DNA of 64,000 nt from an uncultured Eubacteriales bacterium. GTDB taxonomy: Bacteria; Bacillota; Clostridia; Christensenellales; CAG-138. The number at the start of each line of letters is the position of its first letter. The stretch's first letter is position 1. Shown here piece after piece: positions 9,557-19,636 of the stretch. The notes beneath the pieces are model-generated. The model made no database searches. It saw nothing but the letters and a program-made list of their open reading frames with translations, and had not been told where the DNA came from. A program made the position numbers and the translations under genes. The stretch is from contig UQXE01000003.1 in the NCBI GenBank assembly GCA_900544965.1, positions 15,120-79,119 of the forward strand, written 5' to 3'.

Positions 9557-11368
9557 TCAGGCGCTTTCCGCATACCAGCTTCGCTGGCTTTCAAACATCT
9601 CTGCATAGAGACCGTCCTCCTCCATCAGCTTTTCATGGTCCCCGCTTTCGATAACGCGGCCGCCGTCAAGCACGTAAATGATGTCGGCAAGCTTGGTTGA
9701 GCCTAACCTGTGGCTTATAAACACCGTTGTGTTTCCGCGGCTTATATCCCTGAAGTTCTCATATACGTCGCGTTCCGCTATCGGATCAAGCGCGGCGGTA
9801 GGCTCGTCAAGGATTTTGATCTCGGATTGGCTTATAATGGCCCTTGCCATAGCGATTCGCTGCCACTCTCCGCCGGACACGTCTACCCCGTCCTCGTCAA
9901 GCTTTCCTATGTGAGCGTCAAAGCCTATCCGTTCCTTTAATTTTGAAAGTCCGGACAGCTCGACTGCCCGCTCTATATTCCCATTGTTCGTTCCGCCTAT
10001 ATTGCCAAGTTCAATGTTTTCACGCATGGTAAGCTGATATCTTGAAAAGTCCTGAAATACGCAGATAAACAGCGCTTTGAGCTGCGCAATGCTGTAGGTG
10101 CGCAGTTCTTTGCCGTTTATCAGTATCTCCCCTTCGTAATTTTGGTACATGCCTAAGAGCAGCTTTGTAATGGTGGTTTTCCCAGCCCCGTTCGCACCTA
10201 CAAATGAATAATGTCTTCCCTTTTCCAGGGTAAACGACAGTCCGTTGAGCACGTTGGCGCCGCTTCCAGGATAGGCGAACGAGACGTTTTTGAACTCAAG
10301 GCGTTCAAACGCGGGAACGCTGCGGTCCGGCATAAGTTCAGCGCCCTCCTGCTCGGGCATGGCCATGAATTCCGTGAGATCCTTTGCGTACTTTGAGTTG
10401 AGGACCACGTCTGTCGTATTCTGGGCCAGCAGCCACCGCATGTCCCCCACCATATCGCTCATAGCTGTAAAAAGGCCCATGAACATACCAACGGTTATAA
10501 GCCCCTGAATGGTTGGAATGAGCAGCACCAGCGCGCAAACCGCCGATACCGCGGCCACTATTATCCCGCTAAGGTTCATACGGAAAAACCACTTCCGCTG
10601 CTCGTCAAACTCTATTTTGCGGGCCCGCTCGTACTCATCCCTACATTCCTTGCTTACCTCGCCGGTAAAGTCGAACACCGCGCGCTCCGCGGCATTATCG
10701 CGTTTTGCCAGCACGTCGTTAAGATATTTGTAGCGCCTCTGCTCCTTTGATACCAGCTTCTGGGCTTCATAGGTTTTGTTGCCGCCCTTCATGCTTGTGA
10801 TGACAACGGGAACTATGGCGGCGATTATCAGCAGGCCGGCCCACCATACCTGAGCTATGATTAGGCTGATGACGCTTATAAAGCTCACGATCATGCACAT
10901 GAATCTCAGGGTGTCCGCAAAGCCCATAAACACCCTGTCCTCAGGCGTCCTCTGGTTCTTGGGGGCTGTTACCCGCTCTACAAGGTCCCACTTCTCAGGA
11001 TCCTCAATACAGGCATATTCAAGCCTTGCCCGCTTTTCAAGCATATCCGGGCGAAGCTTTGAACGCAAACCGTTTATTATGCGAACCTTGCAAAAATCAG
11101 TGAGCCGCTTGCCAAGAACGTTAAACGAGGTTATAAAAACTATCATTGCTATGGGCAAGACAATCTTATCCATGCCCGCCGAGCCGCCGGCTATGGATAT
11201 GGCCGTATTTACGAATTGGGCTGTTACAAGCGCTGTGACGGCTGGTATGAAGGACTGAATTATAACCTTGATGATATAAAGCAGCGTTGGAACCGGCGTT
11301 GCCCTAAGCGGCAGCCATATGTAATCCAACAGCGTATACCTCCGGTGTTTAAGCATAAGGGCCTCCAA
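9557..11368 (-). CDS. ABC exporter, fused permease/ATPase subunit (heterodimer partner 1)
   Basis: 603 aa. N-terminal TM domain. Walker A GANGAGKTT, signature VSGGEWQRIAMAR, Walker B IKILDEPTAALD. Confidence 0.9.
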   Translation of the reverse strand: MEALMLKHRRYTLLDYIWLPLRATPVPTLLYIIKVIIQSFIPAVTALVTAQFVNTAISIAGGSAGMDKIVLPIAMIVFITSFNVLGKRLTDFCKVRIINGLRSKLRPDMLEKRARLEYACIEDPEKWDLVERVTAPKNQRTPEDRVFMGFADTLRFMCMIVSFISVISLIIAQVWWAGLLIIAAIVPVVITSMKGGNKTYEAQKLVSKEQRRYKYLNDVLAKRDNAAERAVFDFTGEVSKECRDEYERARKIEFDEQRKWFFRMNLSGIIVAAVSAVCALVLLIPTIQGLITVGMFMGLFTAMSDMVGDMRWLLAQNTTDVVLNSKYAKDLTEFMAMPEQEGAELMPDRSVPAFERLEFKNVSFAYPGSGANVLNGLSFTLEKGRHYSFVGANGAGKTTITKLLLGMYQNYEGEILINGKELRTYSIAQLKALFICVFQDFSRYQLTMRENIELGNIGGTNNGNIERAVELSGLSKLKERIGFDAHIGKLDEDGVDVSGGEWQRIAMARAIISQSEIKILDEPTAALDPIAERDVYENFRDISRGNTTVFISHRLGSTKLADIIYVLDGGRVIESGDHEKLMEEDGLYAEMFESQRSWYAESA

Positions 11369-11385
11369 GGTTTTATTTTAGCGTT

Positions 11386-11414
11386 ATTATACGTCACATA
11401 ATATAGGCTGTCAA
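11386..11414 (-). promoter_or_regulatory. Consensus sigma-A promoter for the ABC exporter operon
   Basis: The minus strand reads TTGACA (11414-11409), a 17-nt spacer, then TATAAT (11391-11386). The GGAGG RBS and the ATG at 11368 follow. Confidence 0.65.
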
Positions 11415-11750
11415 CAAATATTTTAAATAGTCTTCCATATATCGAAAATTGTTTAAATAAGCTTTTATATGTCTAAAAACTGATATCGGTTCATATAAAT
11501 CCCGTATGAAACCAAAGTTTAACCCGTATAATACTTTTATATCCTTTTCATGTAATGTTTTGCCGTATATCCTCCCTGAATGAGGAACTATACGTTAGCC
11601 AGATAGAGTCCTGCTAAAAAATCATGTGAACATACTTCAGCGTATTTATCGCCATCAAGGACAGAAACCTGTCATCCATCATTTTATAGCCTTGAAGACG
11701 TTAAATACCGCTTGGTTATGGTCTTTCGCAGCTGCGCAATGTCCTCCTGG

Positions 11751-14700
11751 TCACCTATCGCCCTCGTTCCCTCCTATCCCGTGAAAAAACCCTGTTTTGT
11801 CCATCTTTACTATTTTCCGCATGGAACAGCCGCGGAATTTTGCGTCGAACATGCAGACGCCGGCATAGTCGCACCAGTCGCAGGCGCTTTTGTTGTTGCC
11901 ATAGCTGTAGGGAGCCGCATCCGCGTGGCCGTCCATGATATCCCGCAGCGTCTCTACGGCGCGGCGCTTTGAAAAATCGACTACAGCGCGCATGCCGCTT
12001 GAAGGAACCAATCCCCTGCCGGTGAGGACGCCGTCCTTATTCCGTCTCGCTTCAATGATTGAGGAAGCGCCTTCAAAATTATCGGTAAGCCCTATCACGT
12101 CAAGCTCGTTCACCGTTATGCCGCTGAGTCGAAACGCCTTTAGCAGCAGCTCCTCCAGTTTTTCCTCCGACTGTGCGTCCTCAAGCTTGGGTTCGGTTAC
12201 AGGCATATAATACATTCCGGCGATATCAGCCGCGCAGCCTGCCGCCATTATGGCAGCCACATACAGCGGGAGCTGCAGCTTTAACCCTAAAAAGAGTTCC
12301 CCGTAGTCAAATGCCATGCCGCCGGTCTTATAATCAATCACGCGAATATACCGCCCGCCGTCCCTTGAGACGTCCATGCGGTCTATCTTGCCCGTTACCA
12401 GAAAAACCGTGCCGTCGTCAAGCCTTAGTTCCAAAGGCGGGTACGTCCCTCCCAATCCAAAGGTCACCTCGCTTTTCTCCGGTATGAACCCGCCGCGTTT
12501 CATCTGTTGTACAGCCGCCCAGGCGGTCGCTTTGACCGTGCGCATCATTACCGCGCATTCCGCCTCCGCCCTTGGCGACGAAACGAGCACGCCCCTGTTG
12601 TGAGAGGGTATCAGGACGTCAAATACCTCCGCGAGCAGGCTTTCAACATCCTCATACGTTAGAGCACTAGGATCAATGCCGCGGTCGATGACAAGCCGCA
12701 TGAAACCATCAAGCGCTTCATGGTAGAAAACGCCCTTATCCGCCGAACGCTCCTTAAATTCCTCGCGCACATAGGCCCGCATTCCAAAGCGCATGAAGTG
12801 CCTGAAGGGGCATGAGTTGAACGTTTCAAACCTTGTGGCGCTTCCCTGCATTCCCGAGCCGTACAAAAGCCTTGCCATATCCCTGCCAAACGGCTCGACA
12901 TGGGGTGAAAAGAAAAGCGCCTTTTCCATGCTGTCTACAGCGCTCCGGTATTCTGGGCTTGCCTTAAACCAGGCGTAAAGGCCTCCGCGGCTCTTTGAGC
13001 TTGAACCCGTATCCGCCAGGCGGCGCATTTCCTTGGCCAGCATAGCCAGGCCGGCCTGCGGATGGCTTGGGACCATCCCTCCGCCTACGTCCGTCTGCTC
13101 GTCAACAGTAAACAGTTCCCTAAGCCTGTCAATCGCCGAAGACGGTATGCCGCCGTTTACTCCGGCCGACGCGGTATAGGACAGCCACAGCCGGTTCTTC
13201 GCCTTGCTCAAGGCGCTATATATTCCAAATACGTTGCCCGACGCGCGTTCCGTGCTTGTTTCCCATGTAGGAAGGCCTGCCGAGCGCAGAAATACAAGCT
13301 CGGAGTCGTTTATAACGCCGTCTTCAGAGGGTTTTTTAGGGAACAGGCCCTCGCAACAGCCAACTACAAACAGCCTGCTGACCGCCGTGGCGCAGGTCCT
13401 GTCGACATCGCCCACGAGCACTTGGTCGGCGGTGGTGGGGATTACGCCCACCTTGTATGCTGAAAGCCCCTCTTCAAGCACCGCCATATAGCGCCTCGTG
13501 CTGACCCTTACGTCGCCCATGATAGCGTAGAGCTGGTCCAGCAGCTCTATTACCGCGTCCCAGGCCTGCGCGGTTTCCTCGGCAAGCTCAAGCTCCCCGT
13601 CCTCCCTCAGCGACCCGACTGCTGCGTTTAGCGATCCGTATACGTCCATTTCGCACATATACGAGTACAGCGCCCTCGTTTTCTCCATAGCACTGGCGGC
13701 GTCGGATAACGACCGGCGCAGCCTCAGCAGCGGGTCGATCAGCGATGAGCGCACACGCTCTATACCGGCCTTTACATCCGCGGCCTCAATGGGTTCAAAC
13801 AGCCTCGTCCCCTTTAAACCGAATTTTAGAATATGGTTCTCAAACAGTTCGGCCGAATCCCTGTCGATGTTTAGAAGGCCGCACTTGAGCAGTTCCAAAA
13901 CGTCGGGCTGTGAAAACCCGTTAACTATGCATTTTAAAGCGCTTAAAAGCAAAACTGAAATCGGATGCCTGTCAAGCGGCCTTTTCAGATCCATGAAAAA
14001 CGGTATCCTATACCTGCGCATAGTCCTATTCAACAGCGGAGCGTATGTTTCCATATCGGAAACTATTACAGCCATGTCCCTGTAACGCGTACCCTCCTGC
14101 GCAGCCCGGACTATCGCGTTGCATACAGCCTCCGCTTCAGCGCGGAGTCCGGACGCGGTAAACACCGAAACGCAGCCTCCGCTACCCGAATACGGCGCGG
14201 GCGGCTGCGCGAAAAGCTCCCTCTCCATATGCGAAAGCTCGGCCGAATATCCCTCGGAACCGTTCCTTTCCATATTTACCATGCTGATTCTGCAGCCCTG
14301 CTCCTCTCCAATCTCACGAAGCCGCTGATACGAGGTCAACCCTGGTATAAAAAGGCCCCTATCCCTGCAGCTCCCGTTAAAATCAACGCAAACGGTTACC
14401 GTCATAGACGCCGCAACCTCCATAAGCCGCGCCAGCACGCGGTATTTTTGCTCGGTAAGGAACTCAAAGCCGTCCACAAACACATGGGCCCCGCAAAGAC
14501 TGGACCGCCCCATCCTGTCTATGAGCGAGTTTACAATGTCCTCGCCATCCATATAGCGGGCCGCGAGATGGTCCTCCACGCACTCGTATAAAAGCGCTAA
14601 ATCGCGGAGCTTGGCGCTTAGAGCGTCTGGCGCGCCGCTGTATTCCGCCGCAGACCTCAGCGCGTCCGGCGTGATAAGGAACCGCTTGAGCCTGGTAAAC

Positions 14701-15068
14701 AACCTGTCGCATTCGGCGGTAAACCCCGGCTTTCCAGCAATGCGGCCATATACCTTAAGATCCGGTTTGCGCTCCTCCAGAGCCTTGCGGATCATCATCA
14801 GCTTTCCCTGGTGCGACAAGAACACGCGGTTGTCCCCGGTTTCTCGCAGCACCTTTGACGCCAGGGTTGTAAACGAAAAGACAACAGCGTCAAGCAAGCC
14901 GCTTTCAAGCGACTCGGCAAGACGCCGCTCGCTTTCAAATGTAAACTGCTCGGGTACAATCAGCACCGCGCGTTCACCTTTATCCAGCAGCCCGCGGATT
15001 CGGCTAAACAGCAGCGCCGTCTTGCGCGAACCAGCCCTGCCCGCGATAAATTCAAGGGAAATGGACAT
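11751..15068 (-). CDS. addB: ATP-dependent helicase/nuclease subunit B (AddB/RexB)
   Basis: 1105 aa. N-terminal P-loop-like GRAGSRKT. C-terminal RecB-type nuclease (VIDYKTG) flanked by the AddB Fe-S cysteines (NSCPFRHF ... CDWCDYAGVC). Confidence 0.85.
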   Translation of the reverse strand: MSISLEFIAGRAGSRKTALLFSRIRGLLDKGERAVLIVPEQFTFESERRLAESLESGLLDAVVFSFTTLASKVLRETGDNRVFLSHQGKLMMIRKALEERKPDLKVYGRIAGKPGFTAECDRLFTRLKRFLITPDALRSAAEYSGAPDALSAKLRDLALLYECVEDHLAARYMDGEDIVNSLIDRMGRSSLCGAHVFVDGFEFLTEQKYRVLARLMEVAASMTVTVCVDFNGSCRDRGLFIPGLTSYQRLREIGEEQGCRISMVNMERNGSEGYSAELSHMERELFAQPPAPYSGSGGCVSVFTASGLRAEAEAVCNAIVRAAQEGTRYRDMAVIVSDMETYAPLLNRTMRRYRIPFFMDLKRPLDRHPISVLLLSALKCIVNGFSQPDVLELLKCGLLNIDRDSAELFENHILKFGLKGTRLFEPIEAADVKAGIERVRSSLIDPLLRLRRSLSDAASAMEKTRALYSYMCEMDVYGSLNAAVGSLREDGELELAEETAQAWDAVIELLDQLYAIMGDVRVSTRRYMAVLEEGLSAYKVGVIPTTADQVLVGDVDRTCATAVSRLFVVGCCEGLFPKKPSEDGVINDSELVFLRSAGLPTWETSTERASGNVFGIYSALSKAKNRLWLSYTASAGVNGGIPSSAIDRLRELFTVDEQTDVGGGMVPSHPQAGLAMLAKEMRRLADTGSSSKSRGGLYAWFKASPEYRSAVDSMEKALFFSPHVEPFGRDMARLLYGSGMQGSATRFETFNSCPFRHFMRFGMRAYVREEFKERSADKGVFYHEALDGFMRLVIDRGIDPSALTYEDVESLLAEVFDVLIPSHNRGVLVSSPRAEAECAVMMRTVKATAWAAVQQMKRGGFIPEKSEVTFGLGGTYPPLELRLDDGTVFLVTGKIDRMDVSRDGGRYIRVIDYKTGGMAFDYGELFLGLKLQLPLYVAAIMAAGCAADIAGMYYMPVTEPKLEDAQSEEKLEELLLKAFRLSGITVNELDVIGLTDNFEGASSIIEARRNKDGVLTGRGLVPSSGMRAVVDFSKRRAVETLRDIMDGHADAAPYSYGNNKSACDWCDYAGVCMFDAKFRGCSMRKIVKMDKTGFFHGIGGNEGDR

Positions 15069-15127
15069 TTAAAAACCCTCCGTAAGAAGCTAATAAACGA
15101 TTATACAGCTAGTAAGATCAAATCGTA

Positions 15128-15664
15128 TTATAAAAATTTCTCCCTGTGAAGAACCGAGTATACCATCTCCCCGTTCAAACGCGCGCTTTCAAACAGTGTA
15201 ATCGAATTCACCCGCATCGACGCGTTAAGCGGTTCATCCCTAAGCTCCGCTTCAACAAGATCGTCATGCGAAACGTTTCGCCCGAGAGTAATATGCGGAA
15301 CATAACCCTTGCGCTCCCTGGGAAAACCATTGTCCGACATTGCGTACTGGAGGGATTCGTACAGGGCGTTGAGTTCGCTGAGGCCGCCCTTTACCTCAAC
15401 AATCGAGGTCCTGGAACCGCCTCTTTGAAAGCAGTTATATCTCCCTAGATGCAGTTCAAAGGGACGTATGCCCCGCACGCTTTTCTGCACGGCGCTCACG
15501 GCCCCGTGCAGGTCCGATGTTTCACCTATAAAATGCAGCGTAAGGTGCATGTTCCGCGCCGGTACAAACCTGCCGCCGCAGCTTAGCTGCTTAAGCGCGC
15601 TCTGAATCCTCGCAAGCTCGGCGCGCATCTGACCAGGCAGTTCTATGGCAACAAACAATCGCAT
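15128..15664 (-). CDS. thpR: RNA 2',3'-cyclic phosphodiesterase (2H phosphoesterase, ThpR/LigT)
   Basis: Two H-x-T-x motifs (HLTLHF and HITLGR). Start set at MRLFVAIELP (ATG at 15664), preceded by AGGAGG. Confidence 0.8.
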   Translation of the reverse strand: MRLFVAIELPGQMRAELARIQSALKQLSCGGRFVPARNMHLTLHFIGETSDLHGAVSAVQKSVRGIRPFELHLGRYNCFQRGGSRTSIVEVKGGLSELNALYESLQYAMSDNGFPRERKGYVPHITLGRNVSHDDLVEAELRDEPLNASMRVNSITLFESARLNGEMVYSVLHREKFL

Positions 15665-15890
15665 GTTAACCTCCTGTTTTTTGTACATTATAACATAGAA
15701 AGGGCTGTAAATACCTATAAAAGGCGCCGTGCCGTAATGTTGATATGGCTTTGTAAAGGTCCGCTTCTCAATTATGCATATTGGGTTTTCAGCATTTATA
15801 TATTGGATTCCATATAAATTTTATCTTTGCATATGATTCATTTTGTGCTATCATCCTTGTGATAAGAACTATACATAGGGAGATACGCCC

Positions 15891-16196
15891 GTGAGGATTG
15901 AAAATCATCCGATTCTGGATTTTAACAGGGGTAAACGCGTTACATTTACTTATAACGGCAAGCCGATAAGCGCCTATGAGGGCGAGTCGATAGCCGCCGC
16001 CCTGCACGCGGCCGGAGTTAAGGTTTTGGGCTACAGCCAGAACCTGCGCCGCCCCCGCGGCTTTTACTGCGCTATAGGCAACTGCTCTTCGTGCATGATG
16101 GTTGTGGACGGTGTCCCCAATGTCAAGACGTGCGTTACCGAGGTCAGGGACGGCATGAGGGTTGAGCTTCAGGAAGGTAAGGGAGTAATCGTATGA
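15891..16196 (+). CDS. (2Fe-2S)-binding subunit of an amino-acid/opine-type dehydrogenase complex
   Basis: 101 aa with a GTG start. The cysteine cluster YCAIGNCSSCMMVVDGVPNVKTC resembles HcnA / sarcosine oxidase alpha N-terminal / OoxA-type small subunits. Confidence 0.7.
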   Translation: MRIENHPILDFNRGKRVTFTYNGKPISAYEGESIAAALHAAGVKVLGYSQNLRRPRGFYCAIGNCSSCMMVVDGVPNVKTCVTEVRDGMRVELQEGKGVIV

Positions 16197-17275
16197 AGGA
16201 ATGTGAACTTCTCATCGTCGGAGGAGGCCCCGCCGGCCTGTGCGCTGCTATTAACGCCGCGAGGGCAGGCGCTAGCGTGACGCTTTTAGAGCGCAGTCCC
16301 CGCCTTGGCGGGCAGCTGGTAAAGCAGACGCATATGTTTTTTGGCGCAAAGGAGCAGTACGCGTCCACGCGGGGCGTGGATATCGCCCCGATACTCGTCG
16401 ATGCGCTTAACGCATATAAAGACCGTGTCGAGGTGTTGACTGACACCGTATGTACCGGCATCTATGAGGACGGCGTGGTTACAGCTCTATATAAAGAGGA
16501 GCGTTACATCAAGCTGAAACCAAAGGCGGTAATAATAGCAGCCGGCGCGTCTGAAAAAAACCTGGCCTTTATAAACAACGATCTCCCCGGAATATATGGC
16601 GCGGGAGCGGTGCAGACGCTTATGAACGTATACGGGGTGGTTCCTGGCAAGAGCGTGGTTATGCTTGGCGCGGGCAACATTGGACTTATCGTAAGCTATC
16701 AGCTTATGCAGGCGGGCATAGAGGTAAAATGCATACTCGACGCCGCACAGAAAATAGGCGGCTACCTTGTACATGCTTCAAAGGTTGCGCGAATGGGCGT
16801 ACCCATACTCATCGGGCATACGGTTAAGCGCGCCATAGGAAACGATTGCCTTGAAGCGGTTGAGGTGGTAAAGCTGGACGAACGCTTTAATGAAATCCCA
16901 GGCTCCGAGTTCGTAATCAATGCCGACACCCTGTGCGTTTCCATAGGGCTTACGCCGCTGTGCGAGCTGATTTCGATGGCTGGCGCCAAAATGAGGTACG
17001 TTCCCACCCTTGGGGGTCTAGTGCCGTTAAGGAACGCCGAGTATGAAACCACCGTTGAAAACCTGTTCGTGGCGGGCGATTCGTCGGGGGTTGAGGAGGC
17101 CTCGGCCGCCATGGTCGAGGGCTATATAGCGGGCCTGTGCGCCGCATCCAAGCTTGGGTACCGAATCAGCGGACATGATGAAGCCATTGACGAATACAGG
17201 CGCCAGATGGATTCGCTGCGCTCAGGCCCTGCGGGCGAGCATATAAAAAGAGGAATAGAACAGGCCGCTCTGTAA
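16193..17275 (+). CDS. FAD/NAD(P)-binding pyridine-nucleotide-disulfide-type oxidoreductase subunit
   Basis: 360 aa with two Rossmann fingerprints, IVGGGPAGLCAA and VMLGAGNIGLIVSYQL. Its start overlaps the upstream stop by 4 nt. Confidence 0.75.
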   Translation: MKECELLIVGGGPAGLCAAINAARAGASVTLLERSPRLGGQLVKQTHMFFGAKEQYASTRGVDIAPILVDALNAYKDRVEVLTDTVCTGIYEDGVVTALYKEERYIKLKPKAVIIAAGASEKNLAFINNDLPGIYGAGAVQTLMNVYGVVPGKSVVMLGAGNIGLIVSYQLMQAGIEVKCILDAAQKIGGYLVHASKVARMGVPILIGHTVKRAIGNDCLEAVEVVKLDERFNEIPGSEFVINADTLCVSIGLTPLCELISMAGAKMRYVPTLGGLVPLRNAEYETTVENLFVAGDSSGVEEASAAMVEGYIAGLCAASKLGYRISGHDEAIDEYRRQMDSLRSGPAGEHIKRGIEQAAL

Positions 17276-17349
17276 AATGGCCGCAACCGTCTTAGATTTA
17301 AATAATTAAACTATATGCGGCGTTTTGCCGCTGCGCATAGGAGACCGAT

Positions 17350-17838
17350 ATGTTTGAACAAACTGGCGTGCCCAGCGCCGAAATGATAATGCGAAAGTTT
17401 CCAACGGTCGAACGCATAAACCGGGGTAAGGTTGCCGTAGTGGAGTGTTATAAACGCATCCCGTGCAACCCCTGTCAAACCGCGTGCAGGTTCGGCGCCA
17501 TAGAGGTTGGAAGCGATATAAACAATATCCCAGAGCTGAACGCTGAGGCCTGCACAGGCTGCGGGCTGTGCGTAAGCCGCTGTCCAGGCCTGGCTATCAT
17601 GATAGTTGACGGCAGCGCTGACCCGCAAAGCGTTGATATACAAATACCATACGAGTTTCTGCCCCTTCCGGAAAAGGGTGAAACGGTTCGCGCCCTTGAC
17701 CGTGCCGGAGCTTTTGTGTGCATGGCTACGGTGGTGGACGTTAAAAATCCGGCTGCTTTTGACAGAACGCCGGTTATATGTATAAGAGTTCCGCGCGGGC
17801 ATATGTACAGCGTGCGCAATATAGCATTGGAGGCGTGA
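17350..17838 (+). CDS. 4Fe-4S ferredoxin-domain subunit
   Basis: 162 aa. Contains CTGCGLCVSRCP (CxxCxxCxxxCP) plus CNPCQTAC. Confidence 0.65.
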   Translation: MFEQTGVPSAEMIMRKFPTVERINRGKVAVVECYKRIPCNPCQTACRFGAIEVGSDINNIPELNAEACTGCGLCVSRCPGLAIMIVDGSADPQSVDIQIPYEFLPLPEKGETVRALDRAGAFVCMATVVDVKNPAAFDRTPVICIRVPRGHMYSVRNIALEA

Positions 17839-17843
17839 GGGAT

Positions 17844-18119
17844 ATGGATGAAACCATCATTTGCAGATGCTCCGACGTTACGCTGGGGCGCGTGAGGGAG
17901 CTGATTTCCCAGGGTTATACGTCCATGGACGAGATAAAGCGGATAACGCGGCTGGGTATGGGGCCCTGTCAAGGGAAAACCTGCTCCCTGCTCGTTATGC
18001 GCGAGATAGCGGCAATGACAGGCGTTGGAATCGACGGGCAGGCTTCCCAGACGGTGAGGCCTCCCGCTTCCGGTATACGATTGGAGCTTATAGCAAGGGA
18101 GGCTGAGGGGCATGCGTAA
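17844..18119 (+). CDS. BFD-like (2Fe-2S)-binding small subunit
   Basis: Start at MDETIICRCSDV (ATG at 17844). The pattern CRC ... GMGPCQGKTC is typical of BFD-like [2Fe-2S] domains. Confidence 0.65.
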   Translation: MDETIICRCSDVTLGRVRELISQGYTSMDEIKRITRLGMGPCQGKTCSLLVMREIAAMTGVGIDGQASQTVRPPASGIRLELIAREAEGHA

Positions 18120-19260
18120 GAGCGCTGAGGTGATTATCGTCGGCGGCGGAATCTCCGGCTGTTCCATCGCCTACAACCTTGCCAAAAAAGGCGTGAAGGA
18201 TATTGTCGTTTTGGAAAAGCGGTTCATATGCGGCGGTTCCACCGGAGCGTGCGGCGCAGGGGTGCGCATGCAGTGGGGCACCGAGATGAACTGCCGCTTT
18301 TCAAAGTTCAGTATAGAATTATATCAAAAGGCGAATGAAACGCTCGAATACGACGGGGATATCGAATTCAGGCAGTCAGGCTATCTGCTTATATCAGACG
18401 ATGAGCGCGAGCTGGCCCAATTTGAAAAGAACATTGAGGTACAGCATGAGTGCGGCATACCTTCGCGCATGGTCACGCTGAAGGAGGCTAAGGAACTCGT
18501 ACCCCATCTCAACACCGATATTTTAAAGGGCGCCGCGTTCTGTGAAAAGGACGGCTTTTTAAACCCGTTTTTAACCACCGACGCGTTTTACAGGGCCGCG
18601 CGGCGCATGGGTGTTGAATTCCATACCAATACGACCGTAACGGATATAGCGGTTGAAAACGGCCGCGTAACAGGGGTGCTTACCGATAAAGGGTTTATAG
18701 CGTCAAACCGCGTAGTAAACGCGGCGGGCGGTTTTTCAAAGGAAATCGCGGCTATGGCCGGAGTAACCCTGCCGGTATACAAGGAGCGGCATCAGATACT
18801 GGTAACGGAGCCCGTAGAGTCTATTCAGGGGCCGATGGTAATGTCTTTTGGCATGAACCTATACGTGCAGCAGTCGCCGCACGGTTCTTTCATAATGGGG
18901 CGCGGAGACGATGGCGAGCCAAGGGACGGCCGCGTAACTTCGTCATGGCATTTCCTTGACGGGATGGCGGCTACCGTCTGCCGGGTGCTTCCTCCTATAG
19001 GCAAACTAAGGCTGGTGCGCCAGTGGGCGGGGCTTTATAACATAACGCCCGACAGGCAGCCTATCTATGAAAGCTCTGAGGAGGTCAGCGGATTTTATAT
19101 GGCGGTAGGATTCTCAGGACACGGCTTCATGTTCGGACCCATGACGGGAGTTGTGATGAGCGAGCTTATCCTTGGCGAGGAGCCTACCGTTGACATAAGC
19201 AAGCTGTCGCTCAAGCGTTTTGAGCGCGGCGAAATGATGTTTGAGCCTTCGGTCGTTTAG
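18112..19260 (+). CDS. FAD-dependent oxidoreductase, sarcosine-oxidase-beta / DAO family (catalytic subunit)
   Basis: 382 aa. N-terminal VIIVGGGISGCSIAYNLAKKG. Its start overlaps the upstream gene by 8 nt. Confidence 0.8.
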   Translation: MRKSAEVIIVGGGISGCSIAYNLAKKGVKDIVVLEKRFICGGSTGACGAGVRMQWGTEMNCRFSKFSIELYQKANETLEYDGDIEFRQSGYLLISDDERELAQFEKNIEVQHECGIPSRMVTLKEAKELVPHLNTDILKGAAFCEKDGFLNPFLTTDAFYRAARRMGVEFHTNTTVTDIAVENGRVTGVLTDKGFIASNRVVNAAGGFSKEIAAMAGVTLPVYKERHQILVTEPVESIQGPMVMSFGMNLYVQQSPHGSFIMGRGDDGEPRDGRVTSSWHFLDGMAATVCRVLPPIGKLRLVRQWAGLYNITPDRQPIYESSEEVSGFYMAVGFSGHGFMFGPMTGVVMSELILGEEPTVDISKLSLKRFERGEMMFEPSVV

Positions 19261-19522
19261 AAGCCCTAGGGATTAAGCGGCGAAAAAAGTACCGCGCTTT
19301 GAGCTGTCCTGGATCATTTTTACGTTACTTAAAAGGTATGGCCGAATGCTTAGTGTATTTACGGACGCCTGGAGTCCGCTTGCCTGATACTGTTTAGAAT
19401 ATTTCCTCTGGAATTTTTTCGTCATTTTGGTTGTAAGTAATGCAGGCAAAAGACGGGACCTATCCTAATTTACTTTAACGGAACTCATCAAAGCCGCATT
19501 AAAAATTATGGAAGTTATGGAA

Positions 19523-19549
19523 GGGCGTAAGCATACGGCGCTTACGCCC
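19523..19549. terminator. Hairpin between convergent genes (FAD oxidoreductase and glmS)
   Basis: Perfect 10-bp stem GGGCGTAAGC / GCTTACGCCC with a 7-nt loop. The T tracts are weak. Confidence 0.45.
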
Positions 19550-19636
19550 TGTTTCCAATGAGTTGCACACAACTGCCTATTATGCAGTTCTATCATTATA
19601 GCTTAGGTGCAGTGCCTTTTGTCGAATTAATATAGC

